Assembly: GCA_046301755.1 (NCBI GenBank)
Contig: JBKCJM010000056.1
Span: 4,898 to 68,897 of the forward strand
Source: Cyclobacteriaceae bacterium
Lineage (GTDB): Bacteria; Bacteroidota; Bacteroidia; Cytophagales; Cyclobacteriaceae
Direction: 5' to 3'
Length of the DNA: 64,000 nt
Below the pieces are notes generated by a model that made no database searches, was not told the origin of the DNA, and saw only the letters and a program-made list of their open reading frames with translations. A program made the translations under genes and the position numbers. Within the stretch, counting starts at the first letter, position 1; every line of letters starts with the position of its first letter. Shown here piece by piece: positions 24,630 through 34,665 of the stretch.

Positions 24630-26219
24630 TTGAGTACCGAACTAATCATTAGTTCAGCTCAAAGCGGAAGTCGGATCGCCCTTCTTAAGGACAAACAACT
24701 GGTTGAGTTTCATCACGAAAATGAAGCCAACCGGTTTGTAGTCGGTGACATTTACATGGGCCTGGTCAAGAAAGTAGTACCAGGCTTAAATGCGGCCTTC
24801 ATCGATATCGGGTATGAGAAAGACGCCTTTCTCCATTACCTCGATTTAGGCCCGCAGTTTAGTTCACTGCAGAAGTATACCAAGTTGGTACGGTCCGGTA
24901 AAATCACCGGGGGGCGTCTGGATAAATTCCAGGCGGAGAAAGACATTGATAAGCATGGGAAAATCGCCCAACAGCTTTCCAAAAACCAACTCATCCCCGT
25001 TCAGATTGTAAAGGAACCCATCTCAACCAAGGGTCCCCGACTTTCGTCAGAGCTGTCACTGGCCGGGCGCTATTTAGTGCTCGTGCCCTTTTCAGATGCT
25101 GTAAGTGTCTCGAAAAAAATTTCCAGCAGTGAGGAGCGTAAACGCCTGCAGCGCCTCATTCAATCCATCAAGCCCCCCGGGTTTGGTGTTATCATCCGCA
25201 CCGTGGCCGAGGGCAAGGAAGTGGCCGAATTGGACCGCGACCTGCGCAACCTGTTTAATACCTGGCAGGAAGGCATGACCCGGCTGGTGAAAGCCGAAGC
25301 CCGCGAAAAGGTTATCGGTGAGCTGAGCAAAACATCTTCGCTGCTGCGCGATCTGCTCAACGAATCGTTCGATAGTGTGGTGGTGGACGATAAAAAAGCC
25401 TTTGATGAAGTAAAGGCCTACGTTCAGCAGATTGCCCCTGAGAAGGAGAAAATCGTAAAACTCCACACCAGCAAGGTAAAGGTGTTTGAGCACTACGGGA
25501 TTGAAAAACAGATCAAGTCTGCATTTGGCCAAACCGTTAGCCTGAAAGGCGGTGGGTATCTGATTGTGGAGCACACCGAAGCCCTGCATGTGATTGACGT
25601 AAACAGCGGCAACAAAAGCACCCGCGAAGACAATCAGGAAACCACGGCCATCAAAGTAAATCAGGAGGCCGCCCGCGAAATTGCACGGCAACTTCGCCTG
25701 CGCGATATGGGCGGCATCATTGTCATTGACTTCATTGACATGCGCAGCCAGGAAAGCCGCAAGTTGGTTCAGAAAACGATGAAGGAGGCAATGGAGCAGG
25801 ATCGCGCCAAGCACACGATTCTGCCGCTCTCCAAATTCGGGCTGATGCAGATCACGCGCGAGCGCGTACGTCCTCAGATGAATATCGTGACCAAGGAGGT
25901 ATGCCCTACCTGCAATGGCACGGGCAAAATTTCAGCTTCTATTCTGGTTACCGACCTGATTGAGCAAACTGTAGAACATTTGTTCGTCAAGCAAAACGAA
26001 AAACAGCTGGTGCTGGCGGTGCACCCGTTCCTCCACGCCTATTATACCAAGGGCTTGTTTTCCAAGCGCTTTAAGTGGTGGTGGAAATACAAGCGTTCCG
26101 TTGGGTTGGTGAAAGACTCGAGCATGGGCATCACCGAATACAAATTCCTGAATAAGGAAGGCGAAGAAATCGACCTGGGGCAGAAAGAAAAACCTGCCGA
26201 GGCAGCGTTGGAAGTCTAA
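24630..26219 (+). CDS. rng: ribonuclease G (Rne/Rng family)
   Basis: An S1-like N-terminus is followed by the catalytic core, including EALHVIDVNSG and GGIIVIDFIDM. Length is 529 aa and the start codon is TTG. Confidence 0.85.
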   Translation: MSTELIISSAQSGSRIALLKDKQLVEFHHENEANRFVVGDIYMGLVKKVVPGLNAAFIDIGYEKDAFLHYLDLGPQFSSLQKYTKLVRSGKITGGRLDKFQAEKDIDKHGKIAQQLSKNQLIPVQIVKEPISTKGPRLSSELSLAGRYLVLVPFSDAVSVSKKISSSEERKRLQRLIQSIKPPGFGVIIRTVAEGKEVAELDRDLRNLFNTWQEGMTRLVKAEAREKVIGELSKTSSLLRDLLNESFDSVVVDDKKAFDEVKAYVQQIAPEKEKIVKLHTSKVKVFEHYGIEKQIKSAFGQTVSLKGGGYLIVEHTEALHVIDVNSGNKSTREDNQETTAIKVNQEAAREIARQLRLRDMGGIIVIDFIDMRSQESRKLVQKTMKEAMEQDRAKHTILPLSKFGLMQITRERVRPQMNIVTKEVCPTCNGTGKISASILVTDLIEQTVEHLFVKQNEKQLVLAVHPFLHAYYTKGLFSKRFKWWWKYKRSVGLVKDSSMGITEYKFLNKEGEEIDLGQKEKPAEAALEV

Positions 26220-26226
26220 CTGTAAG

Positions 26227-26252
26227 ACCCCGGTAAAAAGCCGGGGTTTTTT
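26227..26252 (+). terminator. rho-independent terminator after rng
   Basis: ACCCCGG-TAAAAAG-CCGGGGT followed by TTTTT. Confidence 0.8.
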
Positions 26253-26308
26253 CTTGCATCCTCTTTCCATTTTGGAACCGGACACATTATCTTAGTCAGT
26301 CCATTTTT

Positions 26309-28288
26309 ATGCGGTTAACATGCGCCTCGATTATTCTGGTCATGCTGCCAATCGTAGCGGCTATTGGCCAACCCAAGGATATCTGCGACCAGGCTCGTCA
26401 ACTAGCGGACTTCATTCAAAGCCAGCATATCCGGCCTCTACCGGAAAAAGAACTTGAGACCCGTATTTATGACAACGGGCTTCGCGTGTTAGATCCGTAT
26501 GCCGTTCTTATCAGCCGGGCGCAAATCACAAAGCTTAAAGGAAATACCGAGCTCACCCATATGCTCGGCAACTCATCAAAAGACTGCTTGTGGCTTACAA
26601 TCTGGAGAAGCCTCTACCAGGCTGCGGCAAGCGAGTACCTCAATTGGTTGGATCGTTACTTAAGCAAGCCACTGACTTTTACACCTGCTGACAGTCTTAA
26701 TTTACGATCGATCGGAGAAACCAAAGCGGATGATATCCAATTGAGGCAACAGCGGGAACGGCTGATCAAATACCTGGTGCTTGAGCAAATCTACTCGATA
26801 GAAAAGGTGGGGCCTCGTGATAAGCACCTGCCAGAAGATGAACAAAAAGCCCGAGTGGCAATAATCCAAAGGGAAAAGGAACGGCTGCAAAACCTTGATC
26901 AGGTTTTTGAGGAAAAGCTATTGGAAATTGTGGCTCAGTCTTTTGATCCGCACACAACCTATTTCACAAAAAGCCGTGCCGAAGAATTCAAGGCATCACT
27001 AAGTACGGAAGTTTTTGCCTTTGGCTTTTCCTTGTTCGAAAATGAGCGAGGTGAGCCAGTGATTATGACCGTTGAGCCCGGGAGCCCGGCATGGAAGTCA
27101 AACGATCTGCACGAAGGTGATGTTTTGCTAAGTTTTGTGGTGGCCGATCAATCATTTGCAGCAGCGGATTTTGCCCCGGCTAAACTTCAGGAAAAACTGT
27201 CTGAACCAACTCGTATACGGCTAACGGTTCAAAAAAAGGGAGGTACTATAAAAACGGTTGAACTTGAAAAAGAAATGATTGACAATGAGGATAACACCAT
27301 CACCCCAATCAAGTTAACCGGAAGTAAAGCAGTGGGGTACATTTCGTTACCCGCCTTTTATTCTAATTGGACTGCTGTTCGCCCGCAGGGAATTGCGCAG
27401 GATGTTGCCCACGCCATTATGAAACTTAACCGGGAGAAAATTGACGGATTGATTATTGACCTGCGTGATAACGGTGGGGGGGCGGTGGCCGAAGCGATAG
27501 ATTTGATCGGCATCTTCATTGACTTTGGCACGCTGGCAGTTTATCAGGAGCGAAATCAGGAACCTGTCCTTATCCGCGACACAAACAGAGGGGTAATTTA
27601 CAACGGACCATTGGTTGTGATGATCAACGAGCATAGTGCCTCGGCCTCTGAGCTGGTGGCCGCCTCTCTACAGGACCATGGTCGGGCGTTGATTGTCGGT
27701 AGCCCTTCGTTTGGTAAAGGGACGGGGCAGCAAATGCTGCTGTTGCCCGGAAGCAATGAATCGGAGACCATAAAAATCACCAACAGCATGATATACCGAA
27801 TCACAGGCAAATCGTATCAGCAGGTGGGCGTAGTACCCGATATTCCGATAGGATTGGCGGCTGATGTATCCTTATATCGTGAAAAAGATCTTCCACTCCA
27901 CCTGCCGACTGACTCTATTTCAAAAAAAATATATACCAGCGCGCGGCCGGCTCTATCATCAATTGAGTTGAAAAATAAAAGCCTGGCGCGGCAGACCGCA
28001 GAGCCCGCGTTTCAGAATCTGGCCAAAAAGCAAAGGCAGATTAATCGAGGATTTGCTTTGACTCCCGAAGGATTCCATCAGTTTTTCTCTGAACTTGACG
28101 ATGGTGTTCAGGAACCGATCGCTTCCAGATTCAAGGCACAAGCAACAGCTGGCGACCAGCTTGTTCTCGGGGTAGATAATGCGCGCAGGAAGGTCCTTGA
28201 ATTTCAACTGGATCAACTCCAAAAAAACATCTTCTTACAGGAGGCTTTTCAAATCCTGGTTGATTACATTAACGAAAAAACAAAATGA
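26309..28288 (+). CDS. S41-family C-terminal processing peptidase
   Basis: LIIDLRDNGGG, the catalytic Ser context INEHSASASE, and the Lys context SFGKGTGQ. A PDZ-like segment lies upstream of these. Confidence 0.85.
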   Translation: MRLTCASIILVMLPIVAAIGQPKDICDQARQLADFIQSQHIRPLPEKELETRIYDNGLRVLDPYAVLISRAQITKLKGNTELTHMLGNSSKDCLWLTIWRSLYQAAASEYLNWLDRYLSKPLTFTPADSLNLRSIGETKADDIQLRQQRERLIKYLVLEQIYSIEKVGPRDKHLPEDEQKARVAIIQREKERLQNLDQVFEEKLLEIVAQSFDPHTTYFTKSRAEEFKASLSTEVFAFGFSLFENERGEPVIMTVEPGSPAWKSNDLHEGDVLLSFVVADQSFAAADFAPAKLQEKLSEPTRIRLTVQKKGGTIKTVELEKEMIDNEDNTITPIKLTGSKAVGYISLPAFYSNWTAVRPQGIAQDVAHAIMKLNREKIDGLIIDLRDNGGGAVAEAIDLIGIFIDFGTLAVYQERNQEPVLIRDTNRGVIYNGPLVVMINEHSASASELVAASLQDHGRALIVGSPSFGKGTGQQMLLLPGSNESETIKITNSMIYRITGKSYQQVGVVPDIPIGLAADVSLYREKDLPLHLPTDSISKKIYTSARPALSSIELKNKSLARQTAEPAFQNLAKKQRQINRGFALTPEGFHQFFSELDDGVQEPIASRFKAQATAGDQLVLGVDNARRKVLEFQLDQLQKNIFLQEAFQILVDYINEKTK

Positions 28289-29319
28289 AAAGGCTTATTC
28301 TTTTTCTGCTTTTCGTAAACGCACTCACATTCAAAACAAGTGCGCAGAACGCAGCTGAGGCCGTGGAATATATGGGAGTTATTGCGCAGCACTTTGAACA
28401 GATCTCGCGTAGCACCATGAGTTACACCAGTGCCGCCTCGCACGGAAAAAGTGCACGCAAGATCGACAAGCGAAGAACAGAGTTGCTGGCATCCGTCAAG
28501 ACTGCCGGCTTGGAGGTGCGGAAGCTAAAACCATTTTATGGTGACCGTAGCTACCGCGACTCGGTCCTTTCTTACCTTCAAATTTGCAACCATGTTCTAA
28601 ACGAGGACTACGGGAAAATACTAAACCTGGAGGAGATAGCTGAACAGTCCTACGATGCGATGGAAGCATATCTGCTGACAAAGGAGAAAGCGGATGAAAA
28701 ACTTGAGCAGGCCTTTGATGTCGTAAAGTCACAGCAACAGGCCTTTGCAGCCCGAAACAATATCAAACTTGTAGAGGGGCAATCAAAACTGGGCTCGAAA
28801 CTGGAGAAGACCAGTGAGGTGTACAACTATTACAACAAGGTCTACCTATTGTTTTTTAAAAGCTACAAAAACGAAGCATACTATCTTGAAGCAACAAGCC
28901 GGGAAGATGTCAACGCAATGGAACAGACTCGAAACTCATTACAATCCAGTTCAAAGGAAGATTTAGCAAAGCTGTCGGGTCTGACTCATTACAAAGGCGA
29001 TAACACGTTGAAGCAAGCTTGTCTACAAATGCTGAACTTCTATCAATCTGAAGCCACAACTTCAGGGACGGAAATCAATAATTTTCTGTTGAGGAAATCC
29101 GAATTCGAGAAAATCAAGAAAGCCTTTGAGGGAAAACGGGCTTCAGATCGCACAAAGGCCGACATCGACACTTACAACAAGGCCGTAAATGAATTCAATG
29201 CTGGTATTGCCAGGTACAATGCTGTAACCAATGACCTGAACAAAAGGAGGTCAACTTTGCTGAACCAATGGAACAAAGCGTCTACCGAATTCCTCGATCG
29301 CCACGTGCCTCGATATTAA
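28285..29319 (+). CDS. secreted helical protein of unknown function
   Basis: Signal peptide MKRLILFLLFVNALTFKTSAQ is followed by a K/E/N-rich helical sequence. Its ATG overlaps the S41 stop (ATGA at 28285-28288). Confidence 0.6.
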   Translation: MKRLILFLLFVNALTFKTSAQNAAEAVEYMGVIAQHFEQISRSTMSYTSAASHGKSARKIDKRRTELLASVKTAGLEVRKLKPFYGDRSYRDSVLSYLQICNHVLNEDYGKILNLEEIAEQSYDAMEAYLLTKEKADEKLEQAFDVVKSQQQAFAARNNIKLVEGQSKLGSKLEKTSEVYNYYNKVYLLFFKSYKNEAYYLEATSREDVNAMEQTRNSLQSSSKEDLAKLSGLTHYKGDNTLKQACLQMLNFYQSEATTSGTEINNFLLRKSEFEKIKKAFEGKRASDRTKADIDTYNKAVNEFNAGIARYNAVTNDLNKRRSTLLNQWNKASTEFLDRHVPRY

Positions 29320-29407
29320 AAATTCTGCCATCCTGACACCATTTTCGGTCTGGAACAATACTTGACACGCCCTGCAACGAGAAAAAAACCGCAAAAACGC
29401 AAGAACT

Positions 29408-31309
29408 ATGGCAGAAGTGGCAGAAAAAGGGTCCATCTCGATACATACCGAGAACATCTTCCCGATCATTAAAAAATTCCTCTATTCCGATCATGAGATT
29501 TTTTTGCGCGAGCTGGTGAGCAACGCGGTGGATGCCACTCAGAAGCTCAAAAAGCTGGCCTCGCTGGGCGAGTTCACGGGCGAGCTGGGCGACCTGACCA
29601 TTGACGTGAGCTTCGACAAAAAGAAGAAAACAATTACGGTGAGTGACAAAGGCCTCGGCATGACGGCCGAAGAAATCAAGAAATACATCAACCAGATTGC
29701 CTTTTCGGGCGCAGCGGAGTTTGTTGAAAAATTCAAAGACAAGGCTGACGCTAAAGACATCATCGGTAAATTTGGACTCGGCTTTTACTCGGCCTTTATG
29801 GTAGCCGATGAGGTGGAGTTGATATCGCGTTCGTACAAGGTTAATGAAAACGAAGCCGCACGCTGGACCTGCGATGGCTCAACCGAATTTGAACTTAAAA
29901 CAGCTGTGCGTGCGCAACGGGGCACCGATGTCATTCTGCACGTCAACAAGGACTCTGAAGAATTCCTGGACGAGTGGCGCCTCAAGGGTATTCTGGAAAA
30001 GTATTGCAAGTTCTTACCCGTTGAAATCAAATTTGGCACGCGCGAGGAAAGCGTGGAAGACGGCACCGACAAGGACGGCCAACCCAAATACAAAACGGTT
30101 ACCAAAGACCGCATCATCAACAATCCGAACCCCCTTTGGACCAAGGCACCCGGTGAACTCAAAGACGAAGACTATCTCAAATTCTATAAGGAACTCTATC
30201 CGTTTGGTGAAGACCCGCTATTTTGGATACACCTAAACGTGGATTACCCGTTCAACCTTACCGGCATACTGTATTTCCCAAAAATCAAGAACGACTTCGA
30301 ACTGCAACGCAACAAAATTCAACTGTACAGCCGCCAGGTGTTTATCACCGATGAGGTCAAGGATGTGGTACCGGATTTTCTCATGCTGCTTCATGGCATT
30401 CTGGATTCACCCGACATCCCGCTCAACGTGTCGCGCAGTTATTTGCAAAGCGATGCAAATGTGAAAAAGATCAGCCAGCACATTACCAAAAAGGTGGCGG
30501 ATAAACTTCAGGAGATGTACAAGAAAAACCGGGCTGAGTTCGAAAAAAAGTGGGACGACATCTCCATCTTCGTGAAGTATGGCATGATCAGCGATGAGAA
30601 ATTCTACGAAAAGGCCCGCGAATTTACCTTGCTCAAAAATACTGAGGGCAAATACTTTACCTTCGATGAGTACAAAGAGCATGTGAAGGCCAACCAAACG
30701 GACAAAGACAAAAATCTGGTTTACCTCTACACAACCGATGCCGGAAAACAAGATACGTTCATCCAGTCGGCCCGCAGCAAGGCCTACGATGTTCTGCTGT
30801 TCGATGGCATCCTCGATAGCCACTTCATCAGTAACCTCGAGCAGAAGCTGGAAAAAACGCAACTGAAGCGCGTAGACAGCGAGACACTCGATAAACTGGT
30901 GGCGCGCGATGAGGCGCTAGCCAGCGTGCTAACGAAAGAAGAAGAAGAACTTATCAAATCTGTATTTGAAAAGGCCATTAACAACAAGGCGATGACGGTG
31001 GCACTTGAACCCCTATCGCCTGAGGATTTGCCCGTAACCATTACGATGAGCGAGTGGATGCGCAGGATGAAAGACATGGCACGCACCGGTGGCGGAGGTA
31101 TGCCGTTTATGGGGTCCATGCCCGACAGCTACAATGTTGCGATCAATGGCAACCACAAGATCATGCAACAGATCTTGAAAGCAGAAACCGAGGAGCAAAA
31201 AGCAAAACTAGCCAAGCAGGCGTACGACCTGGGGCTGCTCTCGCAAAACATGCTCACCGGGGCTGACTTAACCAGTTTCATCAAGCGAAGCGTTGACCTG
31301 GTCGCTTGA
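29408..31309 (+). CDS. htpG: molecular chaperone HtpG (Hsp90)
   Basis: FLRELVSNAVDA, GKFGLGFYSAFMVAD and the length of 633 aa. Confidence 0.95.
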   Translation: MAEVAEKGSISIHTENIFPIIKKFLYSDHEIFLRELVSNAVDATQKLKKLASLGEFTGELGDLTIDVSFDKKKKTITVSDKGLGMTAEEIKKYINQIAFSGAAEFVEKFKDKADAKDIIGKFGLGFYSAFMVADEVELISRSYKVNENEAARWTCDGSTEFELKTAVRAQRGTDVILHVNKDSEEFLDEWRLKGILEKYCKFLPVEIKFGTREESVEDGTDKDGQPKYKTVTKDRIINNPNPLWTKAPGELKDEDYLKFYKELYPFGEDPLFWIHLNVDYPFNLTGILYFPKIKNDFELQRNKIQLYSRQVFITDEVKDVVPDFLMLLHGILDSPDIPLNVSRSYLQSDANVKKISQHITKKVADKLQEMYKKNRAEFEKKWDDISIFVKYGMISDEKFYEKAREFTLLKNTEGKYFTFDEYKEHVKANQTDKDKNLVYLYTTDAGKQDTFIQSARSKAYDVLLFDGILDSHFISNLEQKLEKTQLKRVDSETLDKLVARDEALASVLTKEEEELIKSVFEKAINNKAMTVALEPLSPEDLPVTITMSEWMRRMKDMARTGGGGMPFMGSMPDSYNVAINGNHKIMQQILKAETEEQKAKLAKQAYDLGLLSQNMLTGADLTSFIKRSVDLVA

Positions 31310-31337
31310 ACTAATCCGGGTATCTCTGAATTTCTCA

Positions 31338-31370
31338 ATCAGGATCGCAGACCGCGGTCCTGATTTTTTT
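31338..31370 (+). terminator. rho-independent terminator after htpG
   Basis: ATCAGGATCG-CAGACCG-CGGTCCTGAT forms a 10-bp stem with one G-U pair and is followed by TTTTTT. Confidence 0.75.
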
Positions 31371-31540
31371 GGTAGTTGTGCCAACCGAAAACCCCAGAGG
31401 GATTGCTGTTTAATGTATCCAACAAAAACAACCGTATTTAATTGGCCCGGGTGGCGTGCACTTAAACAAACTAATGCCTGAGGTTGGCGGTGATTAACGA
31501 AGCCCCATGGCAAGTCGTTTAATCAAATAACCCGATTACC

Positions 31541-33412
31541 ATGAAAACCCATCTCACCCTTGCTCTTGCGTTGCTTTCTTTTACCGTATTCGCCCAAACA
31601 TCCGGAAGGCCCGCCTGGCTGGATAGCAAGCCGGCCGAGGAAGGGTATTACGTAGGAATTGGTTCAGCCAGTAAACGACTTGCCGACTATCAGGGCGCAG
31701 CAAAGAAGAATGCATTGCAGGATTTAGTCAGCGACATTCGGATCGCCATCAGCAGCACGTCCATCTTAAGCCAGATCGACAAGAACTACGCATTCAAAGA
31801 AGAATATGAATCGAAGATCAAGACTACCGTAGCCGATGAGATAGAAGACTTCGAACGTGTTGCCACGCATGAAGACGATGCAACCTATTGGGTGTATTAC
31901 CGGCTGAGCAAAAGCCGGTACCAGGCACAAAAACAACAAAACCTGGCGGACGTAAAGAGCATATCGCTTCAGTTTTTTGAAAAGGCGAATGCAGCCGAAA
32001 AAAATGGATCTATCGCCACAGCCATCGACTTCTTCTTCCGCTCCCTGCTTACATTAAAGGACTACTGGGGCGAAAACATTGAGGTAACGCATGAAGGCAA
32101 ATCTCTATTTCTGGCGGTGGAAAGTTACGCACGCCTTCAGCAATTGCTGGATCGAATCAATATCCGGCCGGCTGCTTCGTTCGTTCGCATAGCCGGCACT
32201 AATGGGCGGATGGTTTTTAGTATTAGCCACCAGACCCAACCCGTGTCGAAAATTCCGGTTGTGCTCACCGCTTCCCCGCAACGTGGTGCAGCCACGCCCT
32301 ACAGCAGCGATGAAAAGGGTGAAGTCATTGCTCTGTTTTCCCCTTCCGTGTGGACGGTGAACACCCGAGAGGCCGAACTCATGTTGGATTTGAAAAGCTT
32401 CGCCCGAGCCAGCTCAGAAGAACGATTTTATGACTACCTCATTCGCAGCTTGCGGGTACCCTCAGCTAAGATCGCAGTGGAGGTTGCTGCTGTCAATAGC
32501 CGAATGCAACCTGCCGGTGATTTCTTTCCTTTTTATTCAGGACTCGTCTACGCAGACTATGCACAAGCCGAACGGTACAGCTTTCAAAATCTTCGTCTGG
32601 TACCGCTGCGCATGAGGAGTGGGTTCAAAGAAGCGGTTGGCAACCTGGGGTTTTACGTCTCCCTACACCAGGCCATGTTGGCCAACCAGGTCGTGATTAC
32701 CGAGGCAAGTACGGGCGGCACGGTAAACACGCTGATTGCACGAAACCTGTCCAGCGATACACTGTTCCTGATGTCAGGCGAGATCTTGCAGGGAGGCAAA
32801 CAAGACCGCGTTATTGCGCGCGATATGTTGATACCCCCGGGTGAAGGCCGGGTGCGCATCCCTGTCTTTTGCGTGGAGCAAGGACGCTGGAAGTACAAGG
32901 GGCAGAGCAATGACCAGAAGTTCAGCGAGTACTATGGCATGGCCAACGAGCATCTTCGCGATATTATTGACCACCGTTTGGGCCAGGCTCAGGTTTGGGA
33001 CGAAGTGGCTAAAAGTAACAAGCGGGACGGCATCAACAGCAGCACAGACGCGTATACCGATCATGCCAACAACCGGTCCTTTCGAAGGGTTGAGCAACAG
33101 TACGTAGACTATTTTGCCAATCTGTTCAATGACGATGACACGGTGATCGGGGTTATGGCCGTTACCGGCAATCGGGTGGAGGGTGTTGATTTGTTCATCA
33201 ACAATAATTTATTCCGTCAGGAGTTTCAGAAGCTGATCTTCTCCTACATCGATGAAGCCGTCACCTACGGAGCTCCGGTCAATATTCGCGAAAACGTCAT
33301 GGAAGAGTACATCAACTCATTGTTGGATATTGCCCGGCAAAGCGACTTCATCGACCAGCGGGGTCAGGCGTTCCGCAAGGGTCAACAGGTAATCCACATC
33401 AGCACATTTTGA
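31541..33412 (+). CDS. secreted LPP20-like N-terminal domain protein with C-terminal DUF6569/ARPP-1-like domain
   Basis: Signal peptide MKTHLTLALALLSFTVFAQ. The N-terminal part reads PAWLDSKP..GYYVGIGSA..AKKNALQDLVSDI, which is LPP20-like. The C-terminal part reads LFLMSGEILQGGKQDRV..IPVFCVEQGRWKY, which I recall as the DUF6569/ARPP-1 signature. Confidence 0.5.
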   Translation: MKTHLTLALALLSFTVFAQTSGRPAWLDSKPAEEGYYVGIGSASKRLADYQGAAKKNALQDLVSDIRIAISSTSILSQIDKNYAFKEEYESKIKTTVADEIEDFERVATHEDDATYWVYYRLSKSRYQAQKQQNLADVKSISLQFFEKANAAEKNGSIATAIDFFFRSLLTLKDYWGENIEVTHEGKSLFLAVESYARLQQLLDRINIRPAASFVRIAGTNGRMVFSISHQTQPVSKIPVVLTASPQRGAATPYSSDEKGEVIALFSPSVWTVNTREAELMLDLKSFARASSEERFYDYLIRSLRVPSAKIAVEVAAVNSRMQPAGDFFPFYSGLVYADYAQAERYSFQNLRLVPLRMRSGFKEAVGNLGFYVSLHQAMLANQVVITEASTGGTVNTLIARNLSSDTLFLMSGEILQGGKQDRVIARDMLIPPGEGRVRIPVFCVEQGRWKYKGQSNDQKFSEYYGMANEHLRDIIDHRLGQAQVWDEVAKSNKRDGINSSTDAYTDHANNRSFRRVEQQYVDYFANLFNDDDTVIGVMAVTGNRVEGVDLFINNNLFRQEFQKLIFSYIDEAVTYGAPVNIRENVMEEYINSLLDIARQSDFIDQRGQAFRKGQQVIHISTF

Positions 33413-33445
33413 AATATTATTGCGTTTCTTCCGTTATTTGTAGCA

Positions 33446-34276
33446 ATGCGCGGAAGTTGGATCGCAATGATTATTGCGCTGGTGGCCACTCGTGCCCTCG
33501 CTCAGGTAACACCCGTTACGGTAGAGGGTCAGTTCACCTTTGATACCGACAAACCTTTCACTGTACTCGACCTTTACTCCCAAAACGAGGAGCCTGTTCC
33601 CACAAAAAAGAAAAAGCCTAAGAAAAAGGTCTTCTACGGTTTGAAGACCAAAAAGGGTTTCACCCGGAAGGGGTATGGGGATAAAATGACCATCGAGCTA
33701 TTCTATTTTCTGAAAAAGGCGGAGAAGCCAAATGGGTTTGTGCGCGATGTCTATTGGTTTGATTTTTCAAGACGCGAAATCAGGCGTACAACCCCGGCCG
33801 GCTTCGACCCAAAAAAGGGAGTGCTGGTGCACGGCCCGTACAAGAAGATGATGGGTGGTACCGTGTTGGAGGAGGGCATTTTCTACAAAGGAACCAAACA
33901 CGGCCGCTGGATGGTGCACAACCGATTCGATCAACTGGAGGACAAAGAGAAGTATTACAAAGGCTGGCCCAAGGAATCCCTTGTCACGTATTACGACCCC
34001 GACAAAAAAACCAAGGTTAAGGAAATCATTCCCGTAGAGTATGGTGAGAAAGAGGGATTCTACTACCTGCTGCATGAAAACGGGCAGGTGGCTGTGCGGG
34101 GTGAGTACAGGTGGGACCACAAGGTAAACGAATGGATTGAGAACTACCCGAATGGAAAACGCAAGCGGGTAATCGCGTATGCCAAGGACCCGTTTGACGA
34201 AGTCTTCAGGCCGTATGTGAGGCGCGAGTTTGACGAAAGCGGTAAAGAAATCTACTCCAACGACAAAGAATATTAA
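33446..34276 (+). CDS. secreted MORN-variant repeat protein (YwqK-like)
   Basis: A signal peptide and a Lys-rich stretch (PTKKKKPKKK) are followed by repeats such as GPYKKMMGGTVLEEGIFYKGTKHGRW and YGEKEGFYYLLHENGQVAVRGEYRWDHKVNEW. Confidence 0.6.
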   Translation: MRGSWIAMIIALVATRALAQVTPVTVEGQFTFDTDKPFTVLDLYSQNEEPVPTKKKKPKKKVFYGLKTKKGFTRKGYGDKMTIELFYFLKKAEKPNGFVRDVYWFDFSRREIRRTTPAGFDPKKGVLVHGPYKKMMGGTVLEEGIFYKGTKHGRWMVHNRFDQLEDKEKYYKGWPKESLVTYYDPDKKTKVKEIIPVEYGEKEGFYYLLHENGQVAVRGEYRWDHKVNEWIENYPNGKRKRVIAYAKDPFDEVFRPYVRREFDESGKEIYSNDKEY

Positions 34277-34281
34277 GCGCC

Positions 34282-34635
34282 TCAGTAGAATGCGTCTTCG
34301 ATATGGACGATTTCTGGCGGTCGTATATGGTCGCGTATAGATACAATATCGTATCGCACATTTCCCTGCCAGTTGACTTGGTATTGATATTCGACAGCCG
34401 CTTCCAGAATGCGGTTAATCTTTTTCTGATCCACAAAATCCTCCGGATAACCAAACACATCGGACGAGCGCAGCTTAACTTCAACAAATACCAGCCAGTT
34501 GTCGCGCTGTACAATCAAATCAATTTCGGCCCGGCCGAACCGGTAGTTGCGCTCGCGCACTGAAAATCCCTTCGCGGTCAGAAACGCTGCCGCGCGATCT
34601 TCCCCTTCCCTGCCCTTCTTCGTTTTCTCACTCAT
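34282..34635 (-). CDS. yraN: YraN-family (UPF0102) endonuclease-fold protein
   Basis: GREGEDRAAAFLTAKGFSVRERNYRFGRAEIDLIV..VFVEVK. Confidence 0.8.
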   Translation of the reverse strand: MSEKTKKGREGEDRAAAFLTAKGFSVRERNYRFGRAEIDLIVQRDNWLVFVEVKLRSSDVFGYPEDFVDQKKINRILEAAVEYQYQVNWQGNVRYDIVSIRDHIRPPEIVHIEDAFY

Positions 34636-34641
34636 GCGTCC

Positions 34642-34649
34642 TACCTTTG
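34642..34649 (+). promoter_or_regulatory. -7 element TACCTTTG upstream of the PGI/PMI gene
   Basis: Matches TAnnTTTG and lies 16 nt upstream of ATG 34666. Confidence 0.4.
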
Positions 34650-34665
34650 GCGGAATTTACGACAC

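Noticed and set aside
25092-25814. 240-aa minus-strand ORF inside rng
   Set aside because: It is antisense to a well-supported RNase G gene. Long antisense ORFs are expected by chance at this GC content, and there are no motifs.
29340-29407. GGAAC at about 29352 as an ECF-type -35 element, or a CIRCE-like heat-shock operator, upstream of htpG
   Set aside because: There is no matching -10 (CGTC/TCTGA type) at the right spacing and no TTAGCACTC-N9-GAGTGCTAA inverted repeat. A single pentamer is not evidence.
33446-34276. Reading the YwqK-like MORN repeat protein as the antitoxin of a toxin-antitoxin pair
   Set aside because: It has a signal peptide, there is no adjacent nuclease or deaminase toxin gene, and the neighbours are unrelated. 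The antitoxin label would be annotation carry-over.
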